From Klebsormidium nitens (lineage: Eukaryota; Plantae; Klebsormidiophyceae), in assembly GCA_000708835.1 (NCBI GenBank), contig DF237307.1, positions 1 through 64,000 of the forward strand: DNA of 64,000 nt, read 5' to 3'. The notes beneath the pieces were generated by a model. It had not been told where the DNA came from. It worked only from the letters and a program-made list of their open reading frames with translations, and ran no database searches. The stretch's first letter is position 1. Each line of letters begins with the position of its first letter. Position numbers and translations under genes: made by a program. This document shows, one piece after another, positions 28,036-42,113 of this stretch.

Positions 28036-28435
28036 CCAAAATCGTGGCGACTGAACCGCTATACGGCGTAGGCTGACCGTTGTACAAATTCATACAGGAG
28101 CCTTGATATCTTCCAGCCGCCCATGCATCTGTACTCGCAACATCTCCATGCATGTTCTGATAACTTGGGCTTACGAAAGTGCTAGGAGCCGCTCTAGCTA
28201 CTGATCGAGATCATGCAATAGCTTTTAAGGCCGGGCTCTCGCACTCGTCGACCACAGACAAAGGAGAATGCTGCACGAAAGTAAGCTACACAAGAACTCA
28301 TTACATGGATCTATTCCCGACACGATTGACTTCCAGATATCTATCCACTACCTGCGCGCTGCATGATATATGTCTACACTAAAACGTAGCGTTGAAGCCC
28401 CACACTAGCGCGCGATGGGCCTTTGATGCTGCACA

Positions 28436-29194
28436 CACAAGCTACCTATGGTGGGTCTCGACGGTATCGACCGCGCGACGGTCCGGTCTCGAAGTTCCTA
28501 CACCGGTGTTACGCGTCGCGACGAATTGTGTACGCGGCACTGACGACCGTACTCGGCAGTACTTGAGAATCAGGTCTGAGTTCATGAATTGAACTTTTTC
28601 TGACACGTCGATCAACGGTCAAGTGCGTACTATACAGAGGTACGGTACCGCTCGAGTCTGCGCGTACATCGATTATGAAATTTATGGTCTTGGTCGGAAA
28701 TTCCGACTTGAACCACGCAGGAGTACCGCGGTACCCAGACTGAAAGGAGAGTGCAGGAATTTGATAGAGCAGTGTAAGGAAAGGCGCTCTGCAAAAATCA
28801 ACAATGGCGGCCCACTTTGCGCCTCCTATGCTGTTTCTTGAGATTTGTCCTGAACAAAACATGATGTTGGAGCTTCAAAGGACCTCTAATGACGCCCTTT
28901 CAACATTTTTTTTTGCTTGTCAAAGGTTTCTATAAGCTGCATAAGCCTCCTCATAGTGTGGCATTTTTATGCTTCTGTCAAAGTGTAAATCAAAACACTC
29001 TGTTACACCATTATGACACTCGGTTACGGCCGAGCAAGATTTTGAAAGTACTCGTTGGGTACATGTTACGGAAGTCCGAGTCGTCGTAACGTGAACCGCC
29101 GGTACTACTGACGAAATTTGATACGGGGTCCCACATTTTCGTCGCGGTTCGAGTCGAAGTCGACTCGGCCGGGACCCACCATAGGTAGCTTGTG
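28436..29194. mobile_element. Non-autonomous TIR element with CAC...GTG termini and a possible 2-bp (CA) TSD
   Basis: ca|cacaagctacctatggtgggtc at the left and gacccaccataggtagcttgtg|ca at the right form a perfect 22-bp inverted repeat. Weaker inverted similarity continues inward. No coding ORF recognised. Confidence 0.65.
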
Positions 29195-29714
29195 CATGTG
29201 AATGAAGCCCGGCCCGCATCAAGAGTATAAGTCGTGTTAGAGCCCGGATGCAAGCGATCGCTGGCATATGCAGCCATGTCATATCAGAACACTTGCAACC
29301 ATTGCCGAAATTACCACAAAAGAAGAGACTTTCATGGAGATCGACCCCGGCCACGCACCGTCGCAATTGTACATGGTTCATGTGGTCACCGGGTCGATCG
29401 TCTGCACTCACTTAGGAAATCTGCAATTCTTATTAAAGCATCACCCCGTCATGCCGGCCTCTCGCTAGTATGAACTAAACCTAATTACGTGGTGCTAGCC
29501 CGCATGTAGCATTCAACGAACTCCGAAAGTGGCTCAAACGGCATGTCACAATCAAATACGTACAGGCCAAAAGCTGAGCAACGACGCGGCAGTGACATCA
29601 AACTCAGATTCCGGCCCTTCTACACATTGAACGGCATATCCTCGAGCGAGTCGTGTAGCTGTTTTCACGATATGATAAGCATTGGCATCTCTTAAGTAGA
29701 CATACCGTACCCTG

Positions 29715-32700
29715 TCACGAGCCCCTGGATCTTTCCGATCTTAGGTAGATAGCCGCTGCCACTCCTAATGCTGCAACTGTTGTAGCTAACAAGAGGGTAT
29801 TTGTACTTGACCAGGACGATGTTGCTTGACTGACATTCTTCGGTTGACCCTTTTGAGAGCCGCGAGCAAATTCAAGGTACAACCGAAGATTCTGCAAAAA
29901 CAGATTGGACTTTTAGCACCGTATAGGAGAGATGTCAAAACCGAGCATACTGGAGTGCTAGTGCAAAGACGTGACAGAGCTTCAAGCTCTCAGAAAAACA
30001 GGCATGTTCGACGTACAGGTCGGCTCGATAAGCGCTGGGCATGTACGGAGCTGCGAGCGGGCGTGTACCTTGAGCCCGGCCGTCCTGGCCACATTGACGG
30101 CGGACGACAGGTCACCGTCACCGGACAGCAGCACGCGGTCCCCTTCGTCGTCAATGTACTGCACAGCAGCAGCACGAGCTTTGATGCTGCGGCCGTTGGA
30201 TGAAATACACAGAGCGCACGGCCATTGAGGCGGGTGATGCACTCGTTAGGCAACGACAAAGTCGCTTAATCTGTGCTGCTGAACGAAGCGAGACAAGAGC
30301 ATGTGGCAGCGGGGCCCGAGGAGAGCCTACCGAGATTGGCGGGATGGCGGCTGGCGGCAGGTCGAGCCGGCTGGACAGCGCCACCACGAGCTCCGCCATG
30401 CTCTGGCACCCTGCACGCGGCACGCCACGTCACGAGCACGCCGGCAGGAGAGGCGCACAGCGGGGGCGAGCACGCAAGCGCTGAGGCAGGGATGAACTGG
30501 TGACCTGCAGCAGGCTCCAGGCCAGGGGCAAATACAATGGCATGTGACTATGCAAGGCGGAATGAGCGGAGGGGCGGATGCGCACCGCAGCTGAAGCGAT
30601 GCTTGCGCCCCAGGTTGTCCTCGACCTTGAAGGTGAACACGGTCTGCAGCGCTGGCCCGCCGGGCCCGGGGTACCGCTCCGAGGCCACCATCTCGCTGCT
30701 CTGCACGCTGCACACGCCAGGGGGCACCCCCGGGGTGAGGGCCACACGAGGCAGGGCCAGGCACGGGCACAAAAGGCTGCTGCGCAAACGGGGGGGCCCA
30801 AGCCAGACGACCAGGCTCGCCGGCAGGGGGCTCACTGTCCTTTTGATCATCAGTGTCGCTTGGCTTTTCGTTTCCTCGCTGGGTTGATTTAGCTCGGTTG
30901 CCAGCCAGCAATGTTACAAGTCAGTACCTGTCTGGCTTGTCGGACTAGGAGCACAGAAAACACGCTCTTTCAATTCAGGTGGTCAGCATCTATTCTGGAA
31001 GCGCCTGCATGGTGGGCGGGTGCGCGTGCTGACCTGGTGTTGTCCGCGTCCTCGTCGCGCCCATCGGCAGCCGCCTCAAAGAAGCGCTGCAACATGAACG
31101 GGCTCTCGTTCTCCGCCTTGGAAACCTGCAGCACAGCGCAGCCGCGCAACCGCGAGCGCCATGTCAGGGAGGGTCCCGCCGCAGCGGGGAAGACAACACG
31201 GAGGGCAGCTCCGCAGGAAGCGGCAAAGCTTGTTTCCGTACAGCACTACGTTGCACAGCCGTCGCCAGGGGCGAGCTGCAGCGAGCGGCGGCTCACCTGG
31301 TTGACGGCGCCCTGCGTGAGCATGAGCACGTCCACGCAACCCACGCAGCCGCCACCTGGCAGGGCAGAGCCAGTCAGGGGCACACAAAGGGGGCAGCACG
31401 GGGGCCAAGGCCACACCAGACGGGGCAGCCGAACTCAGAGAGAAGGACGCACAAGTGCCAAGGGAGACACGGAAGAGTGGGGCGGGGAGGCAAGAGAAGG
31501 GGACAGCCTGCAGGAGCGCCGCACAAGAGGCTCACTCTTGTCCACTACGGGGAGGTGCAGGAAGCGCCCGTCATGCATGATGTGCAGCGCATCCACGATG
31601 GTGGTCTCCAACGAGGTCGTCTCGGGCTTCTTGGTCATCACCTGCCATTGGCACGCGCAGCGTCACACAGGAGGAAAGAAGACAAGGATCTCAGGCATCC
31701 AGAGAGCCACATGACAGGATTACAAGAGAGCGCAGCCTCATCCACCACTACGCTGCAGACACACGTCAGGACCCCGCTTGCCTTCCCTGCGGCAAGACAG
31801 CGCGTGCGAGCACTCACATCGGCCACGGGGGTCTCGTCGGGCTTGAGGCCGACGGCGACGACGCGCATGAGGATGTCCTTGGAGGTGAGGATGCCGAGCG
31901 GGCGGCCCTCGGTGGCGACGATGACGGCGTGCACCTTGAGGTCGCGCATGCGGCGCGTGGCGTCCAGCACGCTGTCGCTGGGCAGCACGAGCGCCACCTT
32001 GGAGCCCTTGATGACCTGCGCGAGCGTCGGCTGCAGCATGCTCTCCGCCACCTTGAGGTAGCTGCTCAGGTCCGCGTCCTTGCCCCAGCGGTCCTCCGCA
32101 AACTGCGCTAGCTCCGTGCCCTTCTCCACCGCCCGCTCCATGCGAGCAATGGCATCGTAGAGGCACTTGGTGATGTCCAGCAGCGCAATCACCTCGTTGT
32201 TCTCAACCACCGGCAGATGCCGGAACTTGCCTGCACGCACCCGCCACACAAGCCCACCCTCAGACCACTCAGACCGCAGCTTCAAAACTTGGGCCCAAGT
32301 GAGGACTACGATTTGCAGCATTACGGGCAAGCCCTGTTGCAACACAATAAAGCGGCAAGCCAACACAAAGTGCTGAGGCTTGTGTCGAGTGACTGTATTC
32401 ACGGCTGCCAAGGGGAATGTGTTTGCAATCCTACCTGTGACCATAATCTGGAGTGCTTTCACAGCGCTCGACTCCGCCTCCACAAAGCGGGGTTGTCGGG
32501 TCATGACATCTGACACGAGAGTCTCGTCCGGGTTCAGGCCCTCAGCAATCACACGGGTGGCAATGTCCTGCAGGCCATGACAAGGATGTCTTGCTGTCTG
32601 TGATTGAAGCATCGGGCCGCTCCATGCATTGCCAATTCTAGCCGCCACAAGCAAGAACAATTTCTCTACAAACTTACAAGTGCCTTTCAAACAGTGTGCA

Positions 32701-33258
32701 GGGGGGGGGTGGTGCACCCGCGCCTGGCCGCCCCTTGGGCGCTGCGCTCCTCCTGACCTTGTCGGTGATGATGCCGCACAGCGATGCACTGGAGTCAGTG
32801 AGCAGAGCGGCATCCACGCGCCTGGCAGACATGCTCTGGCACACGGTGGTCACGTTGTGGCTGACCGACACAGTGAGGGCCTTGGACAGCCGCAGCCGCT
32901 TCACCGTCCGGTCGCCCATCGACCTGAAAGGGCAGCGACGCACGCACAAATGAGCCGCGAAAGGCACAGCCCTGATCAGCAGACTTGCGAATCGACGGTG
33001 CGACAGTCAGCCTGGCAAAAAGGTGCCAGATGAGCTGACAATGAGCGGGAGCTCGTGCACTCAATGAGGCGGGACTGCAGCAACCAATCTGCATCCGCGC
33101 CCTGAACTCCTGCAGGGTGGTGCAATCTGAGCCCACCTGGGCCCTGGCACAGGACTCTTTGGACCCACTGATTGGGACGTCTTCCTTCTCGACGATGCCC
33201 CCGAAGTCTTCCTGGAAGGTCCCCCCCTCTCATAGTTCCCTGCTGCATACGGATCCAT
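29715..33258 (-). CDS. CBS domain-containing protein CBSCBSPB type (4 CBS + PB1 + C-terminal TM anchor)
   Basis: GDRTVKRLRLSKALTV..RRVDAALLTDS..LCGIITDK|DIATRVIAEGL..|GKFRHLPVVENNEVIALLDITKCLYDAIARMERAVEKG..TSKDILMRVVA|VMTKKPET..IVDALHIMHDGRFLHLPVVDK. PB1 FTFKVEDNLGRKHRF and QYIDDEGDRVLLSGDGDL. Hydrophobic C-tail. Confidence 0.92.
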
Positions 33259-34564
33259 AGGACGCAATCACCAAGCACAAAGCAGAATGGGAGGAAAGCC
33301 TGCGAGCGAGAGTGTTGAAGTAAGGCGCCCGATATGGCCCTAGAAACTCTCCACATTCTATTGCGCGGGCCAGCAGGCTTTGCACCAAGGTTGCAAGGTC
33401 CAAGGTCCAGGACCAAGGTGAGCTTCTCGGGCCAAATCACTGATCAGACTGAGTCTGCGCAGCAGTGGAGGCGAATATCTTCGAAATTCGAAATTTGGTG
33501 GGAACAGTGAACTCCACGGCGACCGGATGCCTGAAATCTGCATGGTTCGAATTTCAGCGACTGGAACTGGTGCCAGAGTCGATACCCCCTTCCATGAAGT
33601 CGCCGCGAACCACGTGCTCACTTGTAGTTCCACCTAAAGTAGGTAGGTACATAAAATGGAGCAGATACATACCTATTGGAGAAATACATAATATCCATAT
33701 TAGCATGCCACTTGTCCATAACATTGGTTCCCCGTTACCAACGAGGAAGCTCGAGACGCGCGGGACTTATCTGGGTCAAGAATCCAACTTGATAAGTAAC
33801 GGCGCATGGTAAAACTTACTAGGTAACAGGGATATACGCGAGCGGTCAAGTCTAGACTCTGACGTGCAATATCGGACCAGCAAGGTTGCACGGTTGCACC
33901 CGCCAAGCTGCTATCTGAGAACTAGGGACAACAAACCGGTTGAAAAATTCGTCGAACAGGGTTCCAGCCATTTGGGCTGCACCAGCATTCGGTACTAAAT
34001 GCTTGGCGCGGTCACCCCGAAGCTGTCTTTTGTCATCACCCGCAGTGAGGCTAGCAGTAAAGGCGCCGGCATCGGCCGGTGTCGCGCGAATTTAATTCAA
34101 GATCGAATGTCGCGCGCGGCCGCGTCGGCGGCGAACAACTAGCCGTGCGAGGAAAAAACAGAAGGCAGCTGGGGGCCTGACGAACGACCGTAACGCTAGT
34201 GCAGGCCCAAGAAGAGCTGGATGGAGGGCTACGACGCGAGCCCGAGAGAGCAGGGAGCATGGGAAGCCGAAGGCGACTGGGCTGAGGCGAGCAGGTAAGT
34301 TGAAAGAATTTTGAAGTATACAAGGGTGGGCCAGGGTGGGAAGCGCAAAATTCTTCCTAAGCGGGCGCCATGGCGCCCTTCGAAAGCTCTTCCGAAAATG
34401 CACAGGACCAGTGCGGGGTCTCATGCATTTTTGTGCCGAAAGTTCGGTAGTTCGCAACCGTCCGATTCGAGGTATCGTAATCGGACCAATCAAAAAGTTG
34501 TCCACTATCTTCAGTCCAGAGACAGTGACCTTCGAACCTGATCAACCCAGCTCAGGAGGTTTCC

Positions 34565-36449
34565 ATGATGGCGTCTGGGGCGCTTCAAGTCGCTTGCAGG
34601 ACAGCAAGGTGATTGTGGTAGTTGATTGGCTGCCCAGAGGGATTGGTGCTCTAATGCCCAATGTCTCCGAAGAAGTTCATTTGATTCTTTCAAATGGGTG
34701 AAGCCCCTCGAAGTTTCTTTGGAAGATATTGTCCCACAGCGACCTGTTGTAAGCAGCACTTCTGCTCATCAGTGATTGCTGATTGGGAGGAGAATCAAAT
34801 TCATTTGCAGCGGTTGCTACCTGGCATTGTCCTTCTCTTATGCAGGTTGTGATGAAACACAGGCTCTCTCTGATGACACGCAATTTGGTCGCCAATTGGT
34901 GGCTGATTGCTGCAGAAACACTCCCGTTGCCTCATTGTTCCTCTCTGTGTACAGTCGCGCCATTGCTATCCCTGGCGCTGCGCACGTGGAGCCGCCGGGC
35001 GGCTGCTCCACCTGCCCCGCGGCGGGCTTCCACTCGCGGAGTGGCGCAGGGGCGCTGCTGCGCCGCAATCCCCGGGGCGCCAGCTTTTGTGTCCCCGATG
35101 CCGACCTGCTAGCGGAGCGGCGCGAGCGCGCTCTGAGTGGGGCCGGGAGCAGCTTCACGGGGGAGAGAACTGGCCTTACAAGGCTCGCCACCAAGCGGAT
35201 AACGCCTGTGACTTTGGACAGGTCAGGGCATGTGGCGCAGCCTTTGCAACCCTTGCTGAAGTCGTGGAGCTGGTGTTTTCCAACATGGGTTCTCTTCCAG
35301 ATTCCTTGTTGCTGCCCAGGGGGCTTGGTCGGTGCTTTGCCTTGTGTCCTTGAGCTGTCAGCACGGTGTGATTTTGCGGAGCCAGCCCCGAGGTGGCGTC
35401 CATGGTGCTGCAACCGCCCGCCCTCTCTGGTCCTCGCAAGGGCTTGGGCCGTCTTCTCTCGGCCGTATCTGAGATGCTGGTGGCTGTTGTGTCCCCCCAG
35501 GCGGCGCGGTGCGGCGGTGGCAGCGCGCGCCCCTCGGCGGAGCGCTGCGAGTAGTGCTGCCACCCTGGACAAGGATGCGGGGCAGGACGAATCGCTGGCG
35601 GCATCGCGCCGGCGTGCGCTGGAGGACGCCATGGCGGAGATCAACGCGCAGTACGGCAAGGGTACCGTTACGCGTCTAGGCGCCACGGGCGTGTCCTCTG
35701 GGGTGGAGACCTTCCCCAGCGGCTCGCTGGCGCTGGACTACATCCTGGGGGGTGGGCTGCCGCGGGGCAGGATTGTGGAGGTCTGTAAAAATGATCTTTG
35801 TGTTCAGCACACCTCTTCAGATGAGCCACGCCATGCGTACAGCTTGCTCAGGCCCGTTTCGCGTCTGCTGCCTTTGGACCACCATTTGCAGTTGCCTGCT
35901 CTCCCAGGTATTTCTACTAACTGCAATGCTTGGCATTCTTTCACCACGCCTGGCGCCCCCCCTGCTGGCTGCCCCCATTCTTGAGCGGTGCCGTCGTGCG
36001 CGCAGGTGTACGGGCCGGAGAGCAGCGGCAAGACAACGCTGGCGCTGCACGCCATAGCGGAGGTCCAGAAGGCGGGCGGCAACTGCCTGCTGATCGATGC
36101 GGAGCATGCGTTTGACCCCGACTACAGCGGCGCGCTGGGCGTGAACATGGACGAGCTGGTCGTGTGCCAGCCCGACAACGGCGACATGGCGCTCAACACC
36201 GCGGACCACATGATCCGCTCCTCCGCCGTTGACCTCATCGTCGTAGACTCCGTCTCTGCGCTTGTGCCCAAGGCCGAGCTCGAGGTGCGGCGCCGCCCCC
36301 CTGCCCCCCTGCCATGTCCTTGTTTGGCAGTCCTGCTGCTGGCTGACTCTCTGTCAGCTGCGCATGTTTGTGTGCCTGGGTGCCTGCCTGCTGCTGACGG
36401 CGGTGCGTGCTGCGTGGCAGGGCGACATTGGGAACCAGCTGGTGGGGTC

Positions 36450-36486
<37 letters not shown>

Positions 36487-37912
36487 GCCAGCAGCGCGTC
36501 CAAGGCGCGGTGCACCATCATCTTCATCAACCAGATCCGGTTCAAGATCGGCGTCATCTACGGCAGCCCCGAGGTGACCAGCGGCGGCCAGGCCCTCAAG
36601 TTCTTTGCGTCGCTGCGCCTGGAGATCCGCAACACGGGCCGCATCAAGGGCGTGCCCGAGGCCGGCCGCGGCGAGGTGGATGTGGGCATCCGCACCAGGA
36701 TACGGGTCACCAAGAGCAAGGTCCGTGCCGGCGGCCCCTCAGCAGTGCGGCACACTCGAGCTGTGCCTGGTCTCAGCCCCGTCTCGGCACAGTGTGGAGG
36801 CGGCAATGGACAAGCCGGCTGTGGCCAGAGTGCTGAGGCTTCTATGGGCCTGCCTGCTGCGCAGTCCCCTGGTGCACTAGGCGGGATCAATCAGCTGTTC
36901 CAAGTGGATCCTGTTTACCAGCTGGCGCTGTGGCTCTGTCTGGTTGCGCCCCCTCCTGGCAGCCCTGTCCTGACGGCCTGCTGTGTGTCGTTGTGGGTGG
37001 CAGGTGTCACTGCCGTACCGCACCGCGGAGCAGGACATCATCTTCAAGGAGGGCATCTCGCACCTGGTATGCGCCCCTGCCCCTCCGCTGGTGCGCCAGC
37101 GACCACGCCCCTTTCCGTTGCTCGTTTTTGTCGCTGGCCTGGTGTTTCGGCGGCAGAGCGGCATGTGCTGCTGTTGACCGCTTGGCTGAATGTGCAGGGA
37201 TGCATCGTGGACGTGGGCGAGCTGCTGGGCCTCATTATGAAGAAAGGCGCGTGGTACTCGTACGGCGACACCAAGTGAGCCCCGGCCCCCTGTGACCTGC
37301 CCCTGCGGGGCCTCCCCTGCCCGAAGCTGCCCCGCACCGCCTGCCCCCTCTGTCGCCTTGCAGCCGCCCCAGTGATGGCGCGCCTGCTCACTTGCTGCTT
37401 GCGTGCGCAGGATCGGGCAAGGGCGGGAAAAGGTGGTGGCGTTCCTCAGGGAGAATGACGACATCCGGCAGACCATTGAAAAGGTGAGGCCGTGGAACCC
37501 ATGAGCATCCTGCCTACGTCGTCGCAACACGCCTGATGTGTGCCGCCCGCGCCTGCTCGTCGTAAGCTGCTGAGGAGCCGGCCGGTCAGTGCTGTCTGCT
37601 GCGAAGCAGAGTCTCCGAGATCGAAGGATCAGAGCGCAGCTTTCGAAGGCAGGGGTTGCTCGGGCGCTGGCCTTGACCAGCAAGCACGGGTACGCTTCAA
37701 CCGCGCAGTGCATGTGGCAGAAGCAAACCCTGCGCTGTCTGTCTCGACAGGACATTCGGGCCAGGATTGCGCAGGATTCTGCGAGCTCTCAAAACGGGAG
37801 GGGGGCGTCCTCAGCGTTTGTTGCTCCAATGGACTCAAACGGCGGACTAGACGAGCTGCCAACGTACGCGGCTGAGGAGGACCTCGGCTTTGCCTCCGAT
37901 TCAGAATCGTAG
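34565..37912 (+). CDS. recA: Organellar (plastid RECA1-type) RecA recombinase with N-terminal transit peptide
   Basis: [21 protein letters not shown]|[54 protein letters not shown]|[67 protein letters not shown]. The AFDP/CQPDNG/TKSKVSLPY signatures resemble RECA1 as I recall it. Start ATG is inferred. Confidence 0.92.
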
Positions 37913-39344
37913 CTCGATTCGGTTGATCCTGTGTAAATGAAGTTGCTGCTTGTACAGTCTAGTAAGCGAGCTCTGTGGGAAAAGGTATTGCCCCGTGTGC
38001 AAACAACCGGGCAATTGAAGGATAGGTGTCCAGCAAGGACAAAAATGTAAAGCGTCAACAAGCCGGCATATGGTAGATGTATCTAGGTCTCATTCGAATC
38101 AAAAGAGTATCTTCCCAGCAGCAAGAATCACTGTCGTTGATCTACTATCTGATTCTTTCGAGTGTTTATAGTGAGAATTCTGAGGCCGTCACTCAGTAGC
38201 ATTCGTAAATGTGGCTTTTGGAGTCGAATCCTGTAGGTTGTCGGCTGTCATCTTCAAATCGACTACGTTTTGAAAATTGTTACTTTTCGAAGCAACGATC
38301 CGTTAAATGTTCGATGGCACTGTTTCATTGCTTGAACTCAATGAGGTTCGGCTACGTAAGTCTTGCAAGTGAGATTCGAAGCATCATGTAGCCTATGCTA
38401 AATGCTTGCTTCAATCTGTAATTGTCAAAAGGCTCCTTCCTTCTAATACTACTGCTTCACATGCATGTAGGATACATGTACGTGACAAACTCGAGGCACA
38501 CCCTAAACTTGGAGTGCGTCTCCAGATGCATGCATGACGTTCTCTCTCCAAACGACGACGGTAGCCATGTGGGCCATCAGCTTCCGTGCCAATTGGTTTC
38601 TAGTGATGACATACATATGAATTGCAAATTTTCATTCCTAGATCGTCCCACTTTGACGTTGATCGGTCGACCGTATCCCGTGCTTGATCTGTGAGTCAGA
38701 CCTCTTCAGTGTCTCGCTAAGATGACAACATGCCGCATGTCTCAGAAGATGGATACAGCGCCTGGCACCGGCCAGCTTCAATGTGCACGAACGGATGTAG
38801 GTAAATCCATCACGATCTTGTCTTTTACAACGATTGATTGTCAACATCATCAATCAAACATGCTGAACCGTAAACGTTGTGAAACATGTGCAATAAAACT
38901 TTGCCAGACGTTGAGACGTGCATTCAGTCTCGCCATACCTGTAGACGTAGGATAGGTAGTTACTGTGTTTATTAGGCACTGAGGCCTTGCTGATTTCATA
39001 TGCTGCGCTGGCTGACCAGACTCTTAGTTTTATCGCGATCGTCGATTTGATAGCAGTGCTCATCATCGAACGGTGGCGATGCTGTTTTGGCGGGGGGTCC
39101 CCCGCGCCCGCGGGGCCGGACCCCATGCACTCAACATCATCCATGCGCATTGCAACTCTGACCAGTGCAGCGTGCTGGAGCTAGGAGTAGGCGTGATCTT
39201 TCTCAAAAGCTCCACCACCAAGCTGTCGGGGCGGTGGGCCAAATTCCAAGGCAAGCACGACTTGCATCAATTGGGGATTCTTCAATGAACATCTACATCA
39301 GCAGGCGCCTGTAGCTGTCCTCCATTATTGTCTTGCAACAAGCC

Positions 39345-42113
39345 ATGACGGCCGCTACTTCTATTGAGGGGGTGTCTGCAAGCTTGTGTTTGGCCCCCTC
39401 CAATAAGACCAGCACAGGGCGGCGTCCAGCCTCTCCCTTGCTTTGCCATGCCGCAGGGCACAGCACGGGCCTTGTGAGCGGGGCATCACAGCCTGTGCTT
39501 GGTTTCGGGGCTGCTGCCAGCACACAACAGCACGGCCTCTCCCGCCCACCGGAGGTACTAAAAAGCAGATTGGGGAGCGGCCCTTTTCCCCCCTGTGTGT
39601 CCTCCCTGGGCTTTACTGCACGGCCCGCCACCTTGCGCTGCTTGCAGGCTGCCATGCCAGGGCGCGCTGGTTCGCACCTGTCCAGCTTATCCTTCCTGAC
39701 CCTGACCGCGCCAGCCCATGCTCCCCAAAACTCACCCACTGCCAAACGCCCAAAGAAGTGCCGGGCTACTTTGGCAGCCAACTTGTCCGCTGTTGCGACG
39801 GAGGTGAGCGCTGCCCTGTGGGCGCAGCCCCCCAGCTGGGCTGCCACCCTGGGCGTGAACGCGGCCGTCTTCTCGCTGGGCTATCCTGTGCTGCGCTCCG
39901 GCCTCTCCGCCAGCGGCATGGCCAGCTCCTTCCTGCTGGGGGTGGCCGCCTGGAAGGGCTTTGGGCCCCCCGGGTACACCCTGGTGTGCCTCTACTTCCT
40001 GCTGGTGAGCCCCACAGCGCAGCGGACGCACCCCGCCTGGCCCCCCCGTGATGCGCCAGGTGCGGGCCGGTGTGCGCTGCCAGGCAGCCACCCGCCACCA
40101 AGCAATCACTGTTCTCACCAGGATTGAGCTGCGGTGCATGGCAGTGTCAAAATCAAAGTGCCCCTTTCTCCGCAGCCCCCCTCTGAGATGGCCGTTTGAA
40201 GTCCATGGCGCCATCGCTGCGCTACTGTGTCTGAGATGGCCTCCTTCCAGTTGCCCATTCCTGTCTTTCACGCCCCTGTCTTGCCTCCCGCCCTGAGCAC
40301 CGCTCGCCTGTGTGCAGGGCACTGCCGTGACCAAGTTGCGGCTGCAGCAGAAGCAAGCGGAGGGCATTGCGGAGCAGCGCAGCGGGCGGCGGGGCCCAGG
40401 CAGCGTGGTGGGGTCCGCGGCGGCGGCGGTGGCGTGCGCTGCGGGGGCCACGCTCGGGGTGGGGGGCGCTGCGGCGGTGCCGCTGTGGCAGCTGGGCTAC
40501 GTGGCCAGCTTCTGCACCAAGCTGAGCGACACGACCGCCAGCGAGGTCGGCAAGGCCTACGGCAAAACCACGTGAGCAGCCACACCTCGAGGTGGAGCCG
40601 CGCCTCCATGTGGCCCCTGGCCTGGAATAGCCGTGCGAAGCACTGTGTTCTGGCCTTTGTGGGCCTGCCAGACTCGGAGCTTGGTAGTTGCCCGGGCTCC
40701 CGTAGGCCCCAGCCTTTCTCCGCCCTAGTTGCGCCGCATGAAAGTTGCGCGCTGGCGTGCAGGTACCTGATCACCAGCCTGGCTCTGGTGCCGCGGGGCA
40801 CGGAGGGGGCGGTCAGTGCGGAGGGCACGCTGGCCGGCCTGGCGGCAGCAGTGGCGCTGGCGGGGGTGGCCGTGCTAGCGGGGATGGTGAGCCGCACAGC
40901 CAGCACGGGACGAAGTTCCGAGATCCTCCAGAAGTATTCGATAGAGAGTGCAAGGAGGGATGGCTTACAGTCTGAACCAGGCGGTCAATTGTCCAAGGAG
41001 AGTGTTGCTTTGTCAAGTGTGCCACAGTCGACATGGCTCGAGTGTCTACCATAGTTGGAGTGCCGTCTGCTCAGAAGCCGTGGTTTGCTTGGCACTTTCA
41101 GTGCAGATTCGTGCCGGCCTTAATGTGACGAACTGTGCCAGGCCCCACTTCGGTCATTCCGCCTGTGCCCCAGACGCATCTAGAGCAGTCCTTCGAACAG
41201 CGCCAGTACAGCACCAGCGGAGCGCCTGTCATGAACCTGGCTTGCGAGGACGCATCTCAACCACGGGGTCCCATAAAGGACTTGTCCAACGTCAAGCTCG
41301 GGCTTTTGCATTCGCCCATGCTTAGAGCGGCAAGTTCACCCTGTGTCGCTCGGAGAATTTGGTGGGCCTGAAAATGGAAGCTTTGACTTAACGTTCTCTA
41401 TCTGCGAGTGGCCTGCTTGCTTGGTGAGGTGCCCTCTTCCTGAGCCGCTCCCTCTCCCCCGTGTTGTGTGCAGGTGGACGGCACGGGGGCAGTGGTAGCG
41501 GTCGTTGCATCGCAGGTGGCCAACGTGTTCGAGAGCTGGCTGGGCGCCACCAGCCAGGGCAAGGCGGGGCGGGAATGGGTACGTCGCACCCTGCTTGCAT
41601 TCCGCACCAGTGCCCTCTCAGTGAGAGACACTCCACAATAGGACAACAGGCGTGCATGTTTGTCTGTGCTTTTACCCGATGACTACTTGCTCTCCACGAG
41701 CTGGTTCACTGGGTTCCGTTTCTCTTCTCCAAGTGGGCCGCGAGTGGGCCAACGGTGGGCAGGGCCACTTGCAGGGCTGCTGCTGGTACGGCGTTCCTGC
41801 AACACAGATACAGGCTCAGCCCCATGTATTCAATTCAAGGATCATGTTGTTGGCAGGCCCTTCTAGCGTGATGTCTGGATGTCTTTGCAAACGAGTCGAC
41901 AAGCGATTGAGACGTCTTGAGCATGGGGCTTGTCGACCGCGTCATAGGCGCGCTCCTCTGCGTGACACCCCGCTCTGCTGCTGGAGCGCTGTTGAGGCTG
42001 GGCGTGGCGTGTGTCGGGTGCAGCTGTCCAACGACCTGGTGAACGTGCTCAACATCAGCGTCGGCACCACGGTGGCCATCCTACTGCGAGTCGCACTCCT
42101 AGGCCGCAACTAG
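39345..42113 (+). CDS. VTE6: Phytyl-phosphate kinase VTE6 (DUF92/TMEM19 family), plastid
   Basis: GLSASGMASSFLLGVAAWKGFGPPGYTLVCLYFLL|GTAVTKL..KQAEGIAEQRSGRRGPGSVVGS..GYVASFCTKLSDTTASEVGKAYGKTT|YLIT..VPRGTEGAVSAEGTLAG..ASQVANVFESWLGA..W|LSNDLVNVLNISVG. Confidence 0.88.

Noticed and set aside
33965-34010. Hairpin gcaccagcatt...aatgcttggcgc as an ncRNA or Helitron end
   Set aside because: Imperfect stem, no adjacent CTRR terminus and no matching 5' end found.
34838-35686. 282-aa antisense ORF over recA, and many similar 100-400 aa antisense or alternate-frame ORFs in GC-rich genes
   Set aside because: Shadow ORFs expected from high GC3 codon bias; composition is Arg/Ala/Pro/Gly-rich with no domains.
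34565-37912. recA as a bacterial contaminant or recent horizontal transfer
   Set aside because: It has many spliceosomal introns and a transit peptide, matching the endosymbiont-derived nuclear RECA1 normal in plants.
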